This document shows positions 42,909 through 54,267 of a stretch of DNA of 64,000 nt, one piece after another (position 1 is the stretch's first letter; every line of letters begins with the position of its first letter). Under the pieces are notes generated by a model. It saw only the letters and a program-made list of their open reading frames with translations, made no database searches and was not told the origin of the DNA. The position numbers and the translations under genes were made by a program. The stretch is from Candidatus Rokuibacteriota bacterium (GTDB taxonomy: Bacteria; Methylomirabilota; Methylomirabilia; Rokubacteriales; CSP1-6): positions 18,722 to 82,721 of the forward strand of contig QHTD01000055.1 of the NCBI GenBank assembly GCA_003220675.1, given 5' to 3'.

Positions 42909-44366
42909 CTAGCGCACGAGCGGGGCGACGGCGGCCTGCGCGAGGTCGACGAACGGCGCGGGAACGACTCCCAGCGCCACGATGCCGACCAGCGCGACGA
43001 CCAGCGCGAGGGCGCCGGCGAGCGAGGGGGTGTACGCGACCGGCGTGCTCTCGGGCGCGCGCATGTACATGTAGACGACGACCCGCAAGTAATAGTAGGC
43101 GGCGAGGGCGGAGTTGAGGACGGCGGCGACGGTGAGCCAGAGGTACCCCGCCCGCACCGCGGCAGCGAAGACGTAGAACTTCCCGACGAAGCCAGCGAGC
43201 GGCGGGACGCCGATGAGCGACAGGAGGAAGAGGCCGAGCGCCGCCGCGAGGACCGGATGGCGCTCGGCCAACCCCGCGTAATCGCCGACCTCCACGGCCT
43301 CGTCGCGCGCGCGCTCGCAGAGGGTGATGACGCCGAAGGCGCCGGCGGTCGTGAACGTGTACGTCAGCAGGTAGAAGAGCACTGCGCCCGCGCCGCTCAT
43401 CCCCCCGGCGACGAGCCCGACGAGCATGTAGCCCGCGTGCGCGATCGACGAGTAGGCGAGCATCCGCTTGAGATTCGACTGCGCGATCGCGGCGACGTTG
43501 CCCACGGTCATCGTCAGCGCGGCGACGATCCAGAGCAGCGCCGTCCAGTCGGGCTGCGCGCCGCGGAACGCCACGGTCAGGACGCGGATCAGCGCCGCGA
43601 ACGCGGCGGCCTTGGACCCGGTGGCGATGAGCGCCGTCACGCTCGTCGGCGCCCCCTGGTAGACGTCGGGCACCCACATGTGGAACGGCACCGACGAGGT
43701 CTTGAAGCCGAGGCCGACCAGCAGGAGACCCATCCCGATCATGAACAGCGGGTCGTGGCTCCGCCCGGCGGCGGCCGCCGCGATCCGGTCGAGGTTCGTC
43801 GTCCCGGTCGCGCCGTACATCAGGGCGATGCCGTAGAGCAGGAACGACGAGGCGAAGGCGCCGAGGATGAAGTACTTCATCGACGCCTCGCTCGACGCCA
43901 GCGCCTGCGTGAAGAGCCCCGCGAGGACGTAGAGCGACAGCGACATGAGCTCGAGGGCCAGGAACAGGACGACGAGGTCGCCCGCGGCGGCGAGCAGCAT
44001 CATGCCGGCCGTCGCGAAGAGCACGAGCGCGTAGTACTCGCCCGACTCCGCACCGCTCCGCCGCAGGTAGTCCATCGAGAGCAGCAAGATCAGCGCGGCC
44101 GCATAGCAGATCACGACGTTGACGAACAGGGCGAAGTTGTCGAGCACGACCATGTCGGAGAACGCCCGGCCGGGCGTGCCCCAGCGTGCGAGTGTCGCGA
44201 GGAGCGCGCCCACGACGCCCGCGAGCGCGACCGGCCCGATGAGCTCTCTGGCCTGGTGAAGCGGCAGCAGGTCGAGAAGCAGCACGAGCGCACCGGCCGC
44301 CAGCACGATCAGCGTGGGCAGGAGGGGCCCGAGGAGGACCACGGGAAAGACGAGGTCGGCCGTCAC
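42909..44366 (-). CDS. nuoN: NADH-quinone oxidoreductase subunit N
   Basis: About 485-aa polytopic antiporter-like protein (...FKTSSVPFHMWVPDVYQGAPT...). The GTG at 44366 overlaps the nuoM stop. Confidence 0.92.
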   Translation of the reverse strand: MTADLVFPVVLLGPLLPTLIVLAAGALVLLLDLLPLHQARELIGPVALAGVVGALLATLARWGTPGRAFSDMVVLDNFALFVNVVICYAAALILLLSMDYLRRSGAESGEYYALVLFATAGMMLLAAAGDLVVLFLALELMSLSLYVLAGLFTQALASSEASMKYFILGAFASSFLLYGIALMYGATGTTNLDRIAAAAAGRSHDPLFMIGMGLLLVGLGFKTSSVPFHMWVPDVYQGAPTSVTALIATGSKAAAFAALIRVLTVAFRGAQPDWTALLWIVAALTMTVGNVAAIAQSNLKRMLAYSSIAHAGYMLVGLVAGGMSGAGAVLFYLLTYTFTTAGAFGVITLCERARDEAVEVGDYAGLAERHPVLAAALGLFLLSLIGVPPLAGFVGKFYVFAAAVRAGYLWLTVAAVLNSALAAYYYLRVVVYMYMRAPESTPVAYTPSLAGALALVVALVGIVALGVVPAPFVDLAQAAVAPLVR

Positions 44367-45862
44367 TGGGCCACGCTCGCCTTCGCCCGCACCTGGGCGA
44401 TCAGCGCCTCGAGCGTCGCCTCGGTCTTGCCGGTGAAGGCCGTCGGGTAGACGCCGATCCAGACGATCAAGACCACGACGGGCACGAGCAGGGCCCACTC
44501 GCGGGGCGAGAGGTCGGGAAGGGAGCGGTTCGCCTGGTGGGTGACCTCGCCGAAGATCACCCGCTGGTACATCCAGAGCAGGTAGACCGCCGCGAAGACG
44601 ATGCCGCTCGTGGCGACCGCGGCGAGCCACGGGCTCGTCTGGAACGCCCCGACCAGGACGAGGAACTCGCCCACGAACCCGTTGAGCCCCGGCAGCCCGA
44701 GCGACGACAGGACGACGACCATGAACAGCGCCGAGAAGGCGGGCACCACGCTCCAGAGACCGCCGAAGTCGGCGATCAGGCGTGTGTGCCGGCGCTCGTA
44801 GATCATGCCGACCAGGAGGAACAAGGCACCCGTGCTGAGGCCGTGATTCACCATCTGGATGACGCCGCCCACGAGCCCCTGGGGGGTGAGGGTAAAGATG
44901 CCGAGCATCACGAAGCCGAGATGGCTCACGCTCGAGTACGCGACGAGCTTCTTCATGTCGGGCTGCACGGTCGACACCCACGCGCCGTAGACGATTCCGA
45001 TCACCGCGAGTGCGAACACGAGCGGGCCGAACCAGAGGCTGGCGTCGGGGAACAGCGGCAGGCAGAAGCGCAGAAAGCCGTACGTCCCCATCTTCAGGAG
45101 GACGCCCGCCAGGATCACGCTGCCCGCCGTCGGCGCCTCCACGTGCGCGTCCGGGAGCCATGTGTGGAACGGAAACAGCGGCACCTTGATCGCGAACGCG
45201 AGCGCGAAGGCGGAGAACATCACGTTTTGCGCCAGCCCCGGCGGGATCACCCAGCGCGTCAGCGCCGGGAGATCGAAGGTGTAGGTGCCGGTCGCCGCGC
45301 CGTGCTGGTAGTAGAGCGCCAGGATCGCGACGAGCATGAGGACGGAGCCGACCATCGTGTAGAGGACGAACTTCACCGCGGCGTAGATACGGTCGGCGCC
45401 GCCCCAGACGCCGATGATGAAGTACATCGGGATCAGCATCGCCTCCCAGAAGACATAGAAGAGGAAGAGGTCGAGGCTCACGAACACGCCCAGCATCCCC
45501 GTCTCGAGGATCAGCATGGTGACCACGAATTCCTTCCACCGGTCCTCGATCGCGTGCCACGCAGAGGCGAGGGCCACCGGCATGAGGAACGTCGTCAGGA
45601 GCACGAGCAGGAGGCTGATGCCGTCGATGCCGAGGTGGTAAGAGATCCCGAAGTCCGGCATCCACGCCCGGGCCTCTTCGAACTGGAAGTCGGCGACGTC
45701 GCCGTCGAAGCCGACGTAGAGCGGCACCGAGAGCAGGAGCGTCGCGAGCGTCACGACGAGCCCGCCGACCTTGAACGCCGAGGCGACACGCCGCGGCACG
45801 AGGAGCAGGACGAGGCCGCCGAGCGCCGGGAGGAACGTCACCGCCGTGAGCAGCATCGTCAC
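44363..45862 (-). CDS. nuoM: NADH-quinone oxidoreductase subunit M
   Basis: 499-aa polytopic ORF (...FAIKVPLFPFHTWLPDAHVEAPTAGSVILAGVLLKMG...). Confidence 0.95.
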   Translation of the reverse strand: MTMLLTAVTFLPALGGLVLLLVPRRVASAFKVGGLVVTLATLLLSVPLYVGFDGDVADFQFEEARAWMPDFGISYHLGIDGISLLLVLLTTFLMPVALASAWHAIEDRWKEFVVTMLILETGMLGVFVSLDLFLFYVFWEAMLIPMYFIIGVWGGADRIYAAVKFVLYTMVGSVLMLVAILALYYQHGAATGTYTFDLPALTRWVIPPGLAQNVMFSAFALAFAIKVPLFPFHTWLPDAHVEAPTAGSVILAGVLLKMGTYGFLRFCLPLFPDASLWFGPLVFALAVIGIVYGAWVSTVQPDMKKLVAYSSVSHLGFVMLGIFTLTPQGLVGGVIQMVNHGLSTGALFLLVGMIYERRHTRLIADFGGLWSVVPAFSALFMVVVLSSLGLPGLNGFVGEFLVLVGAFQTSPWLAAVATSGIVFAAVYLLWMYQRVIFGEVTHQANRSLPDLSPREWALLVPVVVLIVWIGVYPTAFTGKTEATLEALIAQVRAKASVAQ

Positions 45863-47734
<1,872 letters not shown>

Positions 47735-47740
47735 CGCGTC

Positions 47741-47770
47741 ATGCTAGCGAGAGGTCGCTCTGGGTGTCAA
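47741..47770 (-). promoter_or_regulatory. Candidate sigma70-type promoter giving a leaderless or near-leaderless nuoL mRNA
   Basis: The minus strand reads TTGACA, an 18-nt spacer, then TAGCAT. The -10 box ends 6 nt before the nuoL GTG, and no Shine-Dalgarno lies between them. Confidence 0.35.
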
Positions 47771-47809
47771 GCAAGCGCCCGGCCGGCAGCATGGTATCAT
47801 TCAGTTCTC

Positions 47810-49213
47810 GTGCCCAAGCGGTCTCGCTCGAAGGCCTGGCTCATCGTCGTCCTGCTCGTGCTGCTCGCCGCCATCGGTTCCGTGTCGTATCTCGGCTGGC
47901 GCCAGTCGGTGCGGGGTGTCGTGTCCGTCACCACACCGCCGCGGTTCGTGGGACACAAGACCGCGTTCGTGTTCACGCTCGAGGCGGCCCGCGGCAACGT
48001 CGCGCGCGTCGAGATCCGCATCGTCCAGGGCGGCAGCTCCTCGGTCGTCGCCAAACAGGAGGGCACGTTCGGGCAGCGCGTCGAGGTCCCCTTCGTGCTG
48101 GAGAGCGCCACGCTCGGTCTGCGCGAGGGGAGCGCCAGCCTCGAGGTGTGGGCGCGCGACGATTTCTGGCGACCGCTCCGCCCGCACGAGCGTGCGATCG
48201 CGAGCTACCCGGTCACGGTGGATCTCACGCCGCCGAAGATCGAGCTCCTCGGCGCGACGCGATACCTTTCTCAGGGCGGCAGCGGCCTCGTGGCGTTCCG
48301 CGTCACCGGCGCCTCGCGGACGACGGTGAGCGCGGGCAAGCTCGTCGAGCCGAGCTTCGCGTGGGGCCCGCCGGAGCGCGGGACTCGCGTCGCGCTGATC
48401 GCCCTGCCCTGGGACCTCCCGCCGGGCACGGCGCTCACGATCACCGCGGAGGACGAGGCCGGCAACGTCGCCTCGCGGGGAATCCCGTCGGAGCTTCGGC
48501 CGCGGCGGTTCCCGCGCGACTCGATCGAGCTCAAGGACGCGTTCCTCGAGGCGAAAGTGCCGGAGCTGCTCCCGCAGCGCCAGCCGTCGCAACCCCTCGT
48601 CGACAGCTTCCTGATCATCAACCGCGACCTCCGGCGCCAGGCGGAGGAGACGAAGCGCCGGATCGGCGCGACGACCGCCGACCAGCCGCTCTGGGAGGGA
48701 CCGCTCGTGCCGCCGCGCAAGACGAAGGTCTTCGCAAACTTCGCCGAGACCCGCACCTACCGCTACGCCGGCCGCGACATCGACACGCAGGTGCACTACG
48801 GGTACGACCTGGCCTCCACGAAGCAGTCGCCCGTGACGGCCGCGAACCGCGGCGTCGTGGCCTTCGCCGACCCGCTCACGATCTACGGCAACACCGTGAT
48901 CCTCGACCACGGGCTGGGGCTCCAGACCCTCTACGCCCACCTCTCGTCCATGGAGGTCAAGGTCGGCGACGAGGTGGCGAAGGGCCAGGAGCTCGGGCGC
49001 ACGGGGGCCTCGGGGCTCGCGCTTGGCGATCACCTCCACTTCGAGGTGCTGGTCCATGGGGTGTCGGTGACGCCGATCGAGTGGTGGGACGCGAGGTGGA
49101 TCCGCGACCACATCACGAAGCCGCTCCTCGACGCGGGGCTGTCCGAGATCGGCAGCCGCGAGGAGCCGGGCGGGCGCGCGCCCGCGCGGAACGCCCAGCG
49201 CCCCACGCCCTAG
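47810..49213 (+). CDS. M23 (LytM-type) metallopeptidase with an N-terminal membrane anchor
   Basis: From the GTG at 47810: VPKRSRSKAWLIVVLLVLLAAIG..., with the C-terminal LytM motifs HYGYDLAS and GDHLHFEV. The upstream part of the 46691..49213 ORF is antisense to nuoL. Confidence 0.85.
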   Translation: MPKRSRSKAWLIVVLLVLLAAIGSVSYLGWRQSVRGVVSVTTPPRFVGHKTAFVFTLEAARGNVARVEIRIVQGGSSSVVAKQEGTFGQRVEVPFVLESATLGLREGSASLEVWARDDFWRPLRPHERAIASYPVTVDLTPPKIELLGATRYLSQGGSGLVAFRVTGASRTTVSAGKLVEPSFAWGPPERGTRVALIALPWDLPPGTALTITAEDEAGNVASRGIPSELRPRRFPRDSIELKDAFLEAKVPELLPQRQPSQPLVDSFLIINRDLRRQAEETKRRIGATTADQPLWEGPLVPPRKTKVFANFAETRTYRYAGRDIDTQVHYGYDLASTKQSPVTAANRGVVAFADPLTIYGNTVILDHGLGLQTLYAHLSSMEVKVGDEVAKGQELGRTGASGLALGDHLHFEVLVHGVSVTPIEWWDARWIRDHITKPLLDAGLSEIGSREEPGGRAPARNAQRPTP

Positions 49214-49306
49214 GGGGCGCGTCGGAGGATCGAGGAGCGCCACGGCTTAGCCGGGGTGCTCCGAGCGTTGGGGGGCTTGGGGGGCCATCTCGGGGCCCCC
49301 CATTTC

Positions 49307-49972
49307 CTAGAAGGACCCGAACTTCTCGTACGCGTCGAGCGGCGTCATCCCCCGCCGCACCGCGGCGCGCACCTTGTTCTCGGTCCCGACGAGCTTCTCG
49401 CAGCGCACGAGGACCTCGTGGGCGACGCGACGCGGGACGACCACGACCCCGTCCCAGTCGCCGACGACGATGTCGCCGAGCGCCACGCGCACGCCGCCGA
49501 TCGTCACCGGCTGCCCCCAGTCACGCACCCGCCAGCGGCCCACCGAGTCCTGCGGCGTACGGTAGCGGACGAACGTGGGGAAGCGGAGGCGGGCGACGGA
49601 CGCGGCGTCGCGCGTCGAGCCGTCGATCACGGCGCCGCGGACCCGGCGCGCGCGGAACCACGCGGCGGAGAGCTCGCCGAAGTGGGCCGCGGTGTTGTCG
49701 CTGGATGCTAACACCAGGACCGAGTCGGCGGGGACCGCGCCGAGCATCTTGAGGAAGAGGCGTAACGTCGCGTCACGCTCGCGCGGCGTACCGCGGTGGG
49801 GCCGTCCCCGCGCGGTGAAGGCGTAGCCGGCCAGCCGCATGTCGACGGTGAGGGGCTGGATCGCCGCGGGCAGCGTCTGGCGCTGGAGCCCCAACTCGTC
49901 CAAGACATCGGTGATCGCGGGGGTATAGATCCGCGCGAAGCGGCGCGGCAGGTTGTCCGATCGACTCGTCAT
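49307..49972 (-). CDS. RraA-family protein (HMG/CHA aldolase-like)
   Basis: 221-aa ORF ...HFGELSAAWFRARRVRGAVIDGSTRDA...VRVALGDIVVGDWDGVVVVP is the RraA/aldolase fold signature. Confidence 0.8.
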   Translation of the reverse strand: MTSRSDNLPRRFARIYTPAITDVLDELGLQRQTLPAAIQPLTVDMRLAGYAFTARGRPHRGTPRERDATLRLFLKMLGAVPADSVLVLASSDNTAAHFGELSAAWFRARRVRGAVIDGSTRDAASVARLRFPTFVRYRTPQDSVGRWRVRDWGQPVTIGGVRVALGDIVVGDWDGVVVVPRRVAHEVLVRCEKLVGTENKVRAAVRRGMTPLDAYEKFGSF

Positions 49973-49996
49973 CCCTCGCCCTCCCGGGCAGGGATT

Positions 49997-51196
49997 CTAG
50001 CGCACGAGGCCAGTCACGAGTGCCTTGGGCGGGACGAAGTCGCCGATCACCCCGAGGAGGACATCCAGAAGGCCCGGTCGCTGCGCGAGGACATGGGCGG
50101 TGAGGTTCGCGAGACCGCGGTGCGAGATGACGAACTGGAGCGCGCGCGTCACCCGTGCCTTGCCGCCGAAGGCCAGGCGCCGGGCGCGGCGATAGGCGGC
50201 GAGGGCTTGCCGCGAACAGTCGCCGCTGCGAAGCGCTCCGACCGCCGTCTCCACCGCGAGCTCGGCGCCGCGGAGCGCGGCGTAGATCCCCTCGCCCGTG
50301 AATGGGTCGACGAACCCCGCGGCGTCGCCTACGAGGAGGACACCGCCCACGCGCGGCGCGTCCACCTCGTATGCGAGCGGGCCCATCGCGCCGACCGGCG
50401 CCACGATCCGCGCGCCGGCGAGCCGCCGGGCGAGGTGCTGGAGGTGCTTGGCCCGCGCCGTGAAAAACGTTTCGAGGCGCCCGCTCCACGGCGCCGCATG
50501 CGCGAGCGGCACGACGATCGAGAGGTTCCCCCGGTCGGCCGCGACCGGATTGATGATCGCGTAGTCGGGGGGGTCCACGAAGACCTCGCCGTAGTCGCGA
50601 CAGCCGTCGAGACCCGACACGTAGGTCACGAGCGCCATGCGCTTCAGACGATGACCGTGCCGGAGCCCGAGACGCTCGGCGACGACGGAGGCGCGGCCGT
50701 CGGCGGCGATCACGAGCCGCGCGCGCAGCCGCGCGGCGCGCCCATCGCGGTCGACCGCCACCACGCCCCTGACCTCCCCGCGCTCCACGAGGACGTCGAT
50801 GACGCGCACGTGCTCCCTGAAGTCGATCGGGAGGGCCCGCACGCGCTCGACGAGCGCCTCGTCGAGCCGCGCGCGCTCGATCGCCATCGCGTGCTCGCGG
50901 TACGGCCGCCAGTCGCCGACCGTCCGGTACGTGCCGATGACGACCGTGCCGTCAGGCGCGGTGATCCGCATCCCGGCGAGCGGCGTGGCCAACCCATCCA
51001 CCGTCTTCAACACGCCGAGGCGGTCGAGAACGCGCGGCGCCTCCGGGCTCAGGTACTCGCCGCAGATCTTCGGGCGCGGGAAGCGCGCGCGGTCGAGGAG
51101 CTGCACCGCGACGCCGTGCTCGGCGAGCAGGATCGCCGTCGCGGCGCCCGCGGGCCCCGCGCCAACGACGATGACGTCGGCCGCCCCGGTCGTCAC
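49997..51196 (-). CDS. FAD-dependent oxidoreductase, geranylgeranyl-reductase/aromatic-hydroxylase-like
   Basis: 399-aa ORF with DVIVVGAGPAGAATAILLAEHG (GxGxxG), ...CGEYLSP... and a GD motif (LLVGDAAGFVDPFTGEGI). Confidence 0.85.
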   Translation of the reverse strand: MTTGAADVIVVGAGPAGAATAILLAEHGVAVQLLDRARFPRPKICGEYLSPEAPRVLDRLGVLKTVDGLATPLAGMRITAPDGTVVIGTYRTVGDWRPYREHAMAIERARLDEALVERVRALPIDFREHVRVIDVLVERGEVRGVVAVDRDGRAARLRARLVIAADGRASVVAERLGLRHGHRLKRMALVTYVSGLDGCRDYGEVFVDPPDYAIINPVAADRGNLSIVVPLAHAAPWSGRLETFFTARAKHLQHLARRLAGARIVAPVGAMGPLAYEVDAPRVGGVLLVGDAAGFVDPFTGEGIYAALRGAELAVETAVGALRSGDCSRQALAAYRRARRLAFGGKARVTRALQFVISHRGLANLTAHVLAQRPGLLDVLLGVIGDFVPPKALVTGLVR

Positions 51197-51888
51197 GCCG
51201 CGACCGCCACGAGCCTGCCGTAGAGGGGATAGGCGCGGACCGTGAGCGTCGTGATCCCCGCCTTCTGCGCGAGCGCGGCGAGCTCGGCCGCCGAGTACGC
51301 GCGCCGCACGGAGAGCGGCCCGTCATGGCGCGAGATCGGGTGGCATCGGAGGAGCCGCGTCGCAAGCCACACGAGCCCGAGCGCCAGGCGCGTGCGCAAG
51401 AGGTCGTTCACGATGACTGCGCGCCGCGCCGCCGCCGCCATCTCCCGCAGGCTGGCCACGGCCGCGTCGGGCTCGAGGTGGTGCAGCGTGAGCGCGCTCG
51501 TCACGACGTCCGCGGCGCCCTCTCGGAGGGGCAGCGCCGTCGCGTCGGCGACGACGAGCGAGATCTCCGGATAGGCGGCGCACGCGCGGCGCGCCAGCGC
51601 CAGGGTCTCCACATCCCGATCGACCACGACCACGCGAATCGCCCGGCGCGCGCCCCGCGCCCAGTCGACCAGGCGCACGCCGAATGCAGCGTGGCCGCCC
51701 CCCACGTCCACGGCGACGAGCGCGTCGCCCCCAGGGACCGCAGCGACGACGCGACAGATCTCGCGTAATGTGAGCGCGTAGCCGCCGAACCAGGCGTTGA
51801 GCCGGTCGATATCGGCGAGCGACGCGACCCGGTCCGCCAGCGCCACCGGGCGGTCGAGGATCTCCAGCGCCCCATCGGCCCGGTCCAT
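51193..51888 (-). CDS. Class I SAM-dependent methyltransferase
   Basis: Motif I VAVDVGGGHAAFG and post-I VVVVDRD. I prefer the ATG at 51888 (MDRADG...). The ORF-track start, GTG 51921, lies inside the junction repeat. Confidence 0.8.
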   Translation of the reverse strand: MDRADGALEILDRPVALADRVASLADIDRLNAWFGGYALTLREICRVVAAVPGGDALVAVDVGGGHAAFGVRLVDWARGARRAIRVVVVDRDVETLALARRACAAYPEISLVVADATALPLREGAADVVTSALTLHHLEPDAAVASLREMAAAARRAVIVNDLLRTRLALGLVWLATRLLRCHPISRHDGPLSVRRAYSAAELAALAQKAGITTLTVRAYPLYGRLVAVAA

Positions 51889-51907
51889 CAGTTGTGGCGA
51901 GGTCCGC

Positions 51908-52015
51908 GGGGCCGGTGACACTCCCGGGTGGCCTGAGCCAGGTGCGAGCGGCTCCGTACCGTTATCACCATCGCTCTAAGCCCCAAGGCCGGTCGCACTC
52001 CCAGGCCAGTGCACC
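51908..52015 (-). repeat. Junction repeat family copy in the PKS-methyltransferase spacer
   Basis: The plus strand reads ggggccggtgacactcccgggtggcctgag ... gcggctccgtaccgtt ... aaggccggtcgcactcccaggcc, the same H-C-H order and orientation as the other copies. Confidence 0.6.
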
Positions 52016-52029
52016 ATTCGCCATCCCCG

Positions 52030-53055
52030 CTACCATCTGAGCAACGCGCCCTCGGCGGCGAAGCCGGGGCCGAGGCCGATCATGAGCCCCCATTCGCCGT
52101 CGAGCGGCGACTCGTTCCGGAGCGTCTCCTCGAGCACGAAGAGGATCGTCGCGGAGGACATGTTGCCGTAGCGACGGAGCACCGCGCGCGAGTGTGCCAC
52201 CTGGGCCTCGCTCAGCTCGAGGAGCATCCGCGCGCGATCGATCACGCGACGTCCCGCCGAGTGGAGCACCCAGTAGCGGACGTGCTCGCGCTTGAGCCCC
52301 TGCGTCGTCAGGAGGGCCTCCGCCATCTCGCCCATCATCTGAGCGCCGATCTTGCGGACGTCCTTCGACAGGACGACGCGCGGCCGCCCACCCGGATACT
52401 CGAACCCCATCGCGTCCAGGTGCTCGGGGCGGAAGAGTGTGCGGTGGGCGACGATCGCTGGCCCGGCGCCTTCCGTCGCCAGCGTCGCGGCCCCCGCGCC
52501 GTCGGCGAAGATCGCGTTCGCGACGGCGCTCTCGAGCCGGTCGTCGAGGAAGTAGGCGGCGGAACAGATCTCCGCGGAGACGACGAGGGCGCGGCGGCCG
52601 GGGAACGCGCGCAGGTAGTTCGACGCCTGCTGGAGGGCCACCATCGCCGAGGCGCAGCCCGTGTCGCCCACGTGGACCCGCTGGATATCGGGCCGGCAGC
52701 CGAGGCGGCCGATCAGGTGAGCGTCGAGGCTGGGCGTGAGCCGTCCGGTGCACGTCGTCGTCGCGAGGAAATCCACGTCGCGCGGCTCCCAGCCGGCACG
52801 CGCGAGCGCACCGCGCGCTGCCGCCTCGCCCAACTCGAGCGCGCCGCGCCGGAACCTGTCTTGCAATCCGTCCACGCTCTCGTCCGGGCGGAACGTGGCG
52901 GGGTCGATATAGAGGTAGCGCCCCTCGATCTCACTCCGGCTGAAGAAGCCTCGGCGCTGGGCGTCGCCGTAGCCCGCGAGCGCCAGCAGGTCGGCCTGCG
53001 CGTAGCGATGAGGCGGCGTCGCGGTCGCGACGCCGGTGATGCGCGGGAGCGCCAT
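52030..53055 (-). CDS. Type III polyketide synthase (chalcone/stilbene synthase family)
   Basis: 341 aa from the ATG at 53055 (GGAAGGAAGG SD). The Cys-His-Asn triad contexts are DTGCASAMVA, VLHSAGRRVID and YGNMSSATILFVL. Confidence 0.93.
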   Translation of the reverse strand: MALPRITGVATATPPHRYAQADLLALAGYGDAQRRGFFSRSEIEGRYLYIDPATFRPDESVDGLQDRFRRGALELGEAAARGALARAGWEPRDVDFLATTTCTGRLTPSLDAHLIGRLGCRPDIQRVHVGDTGCASAMVALQQASNYLRAFPGRRALVVSAEICSAAYFLDDRLESAVANAIFADGAGAATLATEGAGPAIVAHRTLFRPEHLDAMGFEYPGGRPRVVLSKDVRKIGAQMMGEMAEALLTTQGLKREHVRYWVLHSAGRRVIDRARMLLELSEAQVAHSRAVLRRYGNMSSATILFVLEETLRNESPLDGEWGLMIGLGPGFAAEGALLRW

Positions 53056-53124
53056 TCGACCTTCCTTCCCTCGAGGCTTCGCGTAAGATGAGAGCACTCC
53101 GAGCATACTGCGAGGGTCGAGACC

Positions 53125-53649
53125 ATGCCACTGTTCAGCTTCGAGGGAAAAAGCCCGAAGGTCCATCCGTCCGCCTTCGTCGCGCCAACCGCGGTGCTCG
53201 TCGGCGACGTCACGGTCGAGGAGAACGCGTCCGTGTGGTACAACGCCGTGCTCCGCGCCGACTTCAACCCGATCGTCGTCCGCCGGGGCGCGAACGTGCA
53301 GGATTGCGCCGTCGTGCACGTCACGCCGCGCCAGGGCACGGAAGTCGGAGCGGGAGCCACGATCGGCCACAACTGCACGGTCCACGCGGCCACCCTGGGC
53401 GAGGAGTGTCTGATCGGGAACGGGGCGACGGTCCTCGACGGGGCCCGCGTCGGGGCGAGAGCGATGGTGGCTGCGGGAGCGCTCGTGACACCAGAGACCG
53501 AGATTCCCGACGGGATGCTCGCGATGGGCACGCCGGCGAAGATTCGCGGGCCCCTCGCCGGCACGCCGGCCGAGTACTGGGTGCGCGTCAACCCCGAGGC
53601 GTACCAGGCGCTCGCCCGGCGCCACCGGGCGTCCGTCAAGCCCAGCTGA
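53125..53649 (+). CDS. Gamma-carbonic-anhydrase-like / left-handed beta-helix (hexapeptide) protein
   Basis: 174-aa ORF MPLFSFEGKSPKVHPSAFVAPTAVLVGDVTVEENASVWYNAVLRAD... is YrdA/PaaY-like. Confidence 0.88.
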   Translation: MPLFSFEGKSPKVHPSAFVAPTAVLVGDVTVEENASVWYNAVLRADFNPIVVRRGANVQDCAVVHVTPRQGTEVGAGATIGHNCTVHAATLGEECLIGNGATVLDGARVGARAMVAAGALVTPETEIPDGMLAMGTPAKIRGPLAGTPAEYWVRVNPEAYQALARRHRASVKPS

Positions 53650-53653
53650 CGCC

Positions 53654-54235
53654 ATGGCGATCAAGCGGATCGCGTTCCTCGTGTTCCCACGGCTGACGCT
53701 CCTCGACTTCGTCGGCGCCTACGACGCCCTGCGGCGGATCGCGGCGATGTCCATCGACCCGGCTGTGACGCACCGGATCATCGGCACCGAGCCCGAGATC
53801 ATCGATGAAACAGGTCTCGTGATGAAGCCCGACGCGGTGTACGAGGACCTCGCGTCCTTCGATCTGCTCTACGTGCCCGGAGGCTTCGGCACGCGGACCC
53901 TGATGGACGACAGGCACCTGCTCGACTACCTCAAGACGTGGGGCTCGGAGCGTCCGCTCGCCTCGGTCTGCACGGGCGCACTGCTGCTCGGGCAAGCGGG
54001 GTACCTTCGCGGCAAGCGGGCGACGACGCACCACCGCGCGTTCGATCTCTTGCGCCCACTCTGCCGCGAGGTCGTGACGGACCGGCGCATCGTGGACGAG
54101 GGACAGGTCGTGACCGCGGGCGGCGTCGCCTCCGCGCTCGACCTCGGGCTCTACTTGGTCGAACGGTTTTGGGGCCTCGCGGCGCGCGAGAAGATTGCCG
54201 CCCAGATGGAGTATCGCGCGTACTCCGCCGTCTGA
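53654..54235 (+). CDS. DJ-1/PfpI family protein
   Basis: 193-aa ORF with IAFLVFPRLTLLDFVGAYD and the nucleophile-elbow context LASVCTGALLLGQAG. Confidence 0.85.
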   Translation: MAIKRIAFLVFPRLTLLDFVGAYDALRRIAAMSIDPAVTHRIIGTEPEIIDETGLVMKPDAVYEDLASFDLLYVPGGFGTRTLMDDRHLLDYLKTWGSERPLASVCTGALLLGQAGYLRGKRATTHHRAFDLLRPLCREVVTDRRIVDEGQVVTAGGVASALDLGLYLVERFWGLAAREKIAAQMEYRAYSAV

Positions 54236-54267
54236 GCGAGGCGGCGGTTCGAAAGGAGAGCGTCGTG

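Noticed and set aside
49281-49299. GGGGCC-N7-GGCCCC hairpin between the convergent M23 and RraA-like genes as a bidirectional terminator.
   Set aside because: The stem is short and there is no U-tract on either strand. The adjacent GGGGCC(N)CCATTTCCT motif recurs at 59163-59178, but two occurrences are too few to interpret.
47764-49752. 662-aa plus-strand ORF overlapping the M23 peptidase gene.
   Set aside because: It is a different frame of the same DNA, with an extremely Arg/Pro/Ala-rich translation. The M23 frame carries the real LytM motifs.
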